This document shows positions 61,816 to 64,000 of a stretch of DNA of 64,000 bases, piece by piece. Position numbers and translations under genes: made by a program. Position 1 is the stretch's first letter, and each line of letters starts with the position of its first letter. Under the pieces are notes generated by a model. That model was given only the letters and a program-made list of their open reading frames with translations, did no database searches and was not told the DNA's origin. The stretch is taken from positions 13,764,001 through 13,828,000 of the forward strand of contig JBHGNT010000018.1 of the NCBI GenBank assembly GCA_043228905.1. Reading direction: 5' to 3'. The stretch is from Azolla caroliniana. Lineage: Eukaryota; Plantae; Polypodiophyta.

Positions 61816-64000
61816 TGTCGAATACGAGTGTATAAGGGTCGTATTTACATTGTCCTATTGGACATACTAGGTTTCAGGCTATTTATGTAAATAGTGGAAA
61901 GGGCAGTTGCCCTAAGTTAGTTGGTATTTAAATTGGCTCTTGTAACCTAGTTTTGTGGTTGTTCATTTTTGTATATTGTGTTGTTGTAACTCTCCGAATA
62001 ATACAGTTACATTGCCTTGTGCCCACTTTGGTGTCTCTCTCTTCTCCTTGTCTTCTCTCTGGTCTTGTCTCTGATTAAGTTGCTTTCACTCTTACAATCT
62101 ATTACTGCTCGCTACCTACTTGAGATCTTCATAGGAAGATTGCTGATTCTTGTTCCACACATGATAGTTGGTTCCAACATATGGTATCAGAGCTTGGTGT
62201 TTCGATTTTGCAACTAGTCGTCCTTTATCTCCATCAACAACTCATCTTTTGTCCCTTTTGAAGATCGTTTTTGGTATAATAGATTCCAAGATTTCAGTCC
62301 TGCTAAAATCCCTTGTTTGGCAACTCCCTACAAGATCATTTTTCGCGAAGAGAAACAAATGACAAGTTTGCACTCCACTGTTCTAAATCACTGTTAATGT
62401 AAGCTAGACGACTATAATTTGTTTTTGTGATTGTAGCTGCTCGGAGTGAGACTTCTTCATTGGACAGGCCATGCTTGTGCTTCATCTAGTTAGTTGACAA
62501 TCGAATCTAGATCATCTGATGCTATTCACTTGCTCGTCGTAACCACTCAAAGAAAAGTCCGCCCTAGGAACAACCCCCATCAGTGCCTCACTTGACTACA
62601 CGATGTTCAGGAGTACCAGTTAGTTCCATCCCTCTCATCGTTGTAGTCACTAGAAGCAGGATCGGCCTGGAGATCAGTACAATCGGCACATAATTTGTGA
62701 TCGACATATTGAAATTGACAAACGGAATTAGATTAATAGTTAATTGTCCTCAATTCGGCTAAGTGATATCCGGGAAGACTAGTTAGCTATGTCCCTCCAC
62801 TCACCGTAGCCACTCTGAGCAAGTTTAGTACCCACCTGTCATCCGAAATCCAATCAACTGACCAATCAGCGCATTCGCTTCGAACTCAGCTAGGTCGATT
62901 GATTGTAGCCACCTCGGATAGAACCCGCCAATAGTCGAAGTCAATTCGACTCTTGTCCAAATTTGACTAGAACGATATCGGGTGAGCCAGTTGGTTGCAC
63001 CCCACCATAGTTTGTAGTCGACTCTGGACAAAGTCTAGTAAGCCAACACAGATGGCATCAACATCTAGCTCATCAGAGATGAGTCTAAGGAAGTTCGATG
63101 GATCAAACTTCAATTTCTGGAATGAACAGATGCAAGACTATCTAATAGTCAAGAGTCAGATCGACCCAATTAAGCCTAAAAACGATCCAGAAGGATACAA
63201 GCCGAATGAGTGGACAAAGCTATATCGAATTGTCCTAGCCACCATTCGGATGCACTTGTCGGAGTCAACACCCTTCACAGTGCAATCGTGTTTGATTGCC
63301 TTCCAACTATGGAAGACACTCTCGAATAGTTATGAAAATAAGGTCGCCACAACAAAGATATATATCTAATCTGGCGCCTCCACAACCTTCGGATGAAAGA
63401 ATCTGACTCTGTCTAGGCACACCTCAACGAGTATGAAAGCTTAAGCTCCCAAATTTCGGCTCAAGGGACGACAATCAAAGACAAATTAAAAGCAATGTTT
63501 CTTATGAGTTGTCTCCCTCCTCCTTGGGAAACTTTTGCCAGAACTGTGTGCAATGTGTCAACTACTACAATAAAATACTTTGAAGTCACAAGCTCAATCT
63601 TGGCTGAAGTAGCTCGGAGGAAATCGTTTGCAAACGATTTGGCTAGTGACGCGTATGTAGTACAAGGTTCGACCGACCGACCGAATAGTCGAGGAAGAAG
63701 TTCTTCCCAACTGCCGACAAATCAACGAAGCTAGAGCAATTCCCAAGATAATCGAACCTACAACTATTGCAAGAAACCCAGACATATCAAGGCTGATGAA
63801 CACGACATCCATGCTGACTTCTCATCAAGAGGGTGGACACTCCATAGGGGGAACCTCTTGCTTGCTTGAGGTCCGAAAGTACATTCATATTGTACCCGCT
63901 ATACGTCACACTCAGAGAGGGTGACTTGTTTCTGGTTGACATTCTTGTGTCATCGTTGTGGCATGGATGACTCGTACACCTTAGCAAGGCCGACATCACG
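61816..64000 (+). mobile_element. Ty1/Copia element (Tnt1/Tork-like), 5' part, degenerate; runs out of the window
   Basis: LTR ~61816-62179 (ends TTCCAACA); PBS TGGTATCAGAGC at 62182-62193; gag KFDGSNFNFW (63051-63800) with a decayed knuckle; then jumps to the post-protease/GAG-pre-integrase region (SSLWH). Confidence 0.82.

Overview
Eukaryotic nuclear DNA from a land plant. The mix of Tcn1-like chromovirus, fungal-type Gypsy, RTE-X LINEs and a giant intron suggests a seed-free plant such as a fern or lycophyte (inference). Bases 1-42300 are a nested stack of transposons: a Tcn1-like chromoviral Gypsy, a decayed minus-strand Gypsy with a hAT MITE, an L1 LINE carrying a solo LTR, two sister Ty1/Copia elements inserted in a ~540-bp tandem repeat, and a young Ylt1-like Gypsy plus a second solo LTR inside the second Copia. 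The only host gene is an 8-exon NIPA/DUF803 magnesium transporter (44176-59608, +, 367 aa). Its 13-kb second intron has U12-like signals and holds only antisense retroelement fragments. A truncated Copia closes the window. Most notable signals: (1) antisense tRNA-like Pol III A/B-box cassettes in the U3 of three different Gypsy LTR families; (2) oriented insertion of a 4-bp-TSD Gypsy group into CCGT(TG); (3) a candidate -1 frameshift between Gag-PR and RT; (4) a putative 13-kb minor-spliceosome intron. All calls were made by eye, without database searches.
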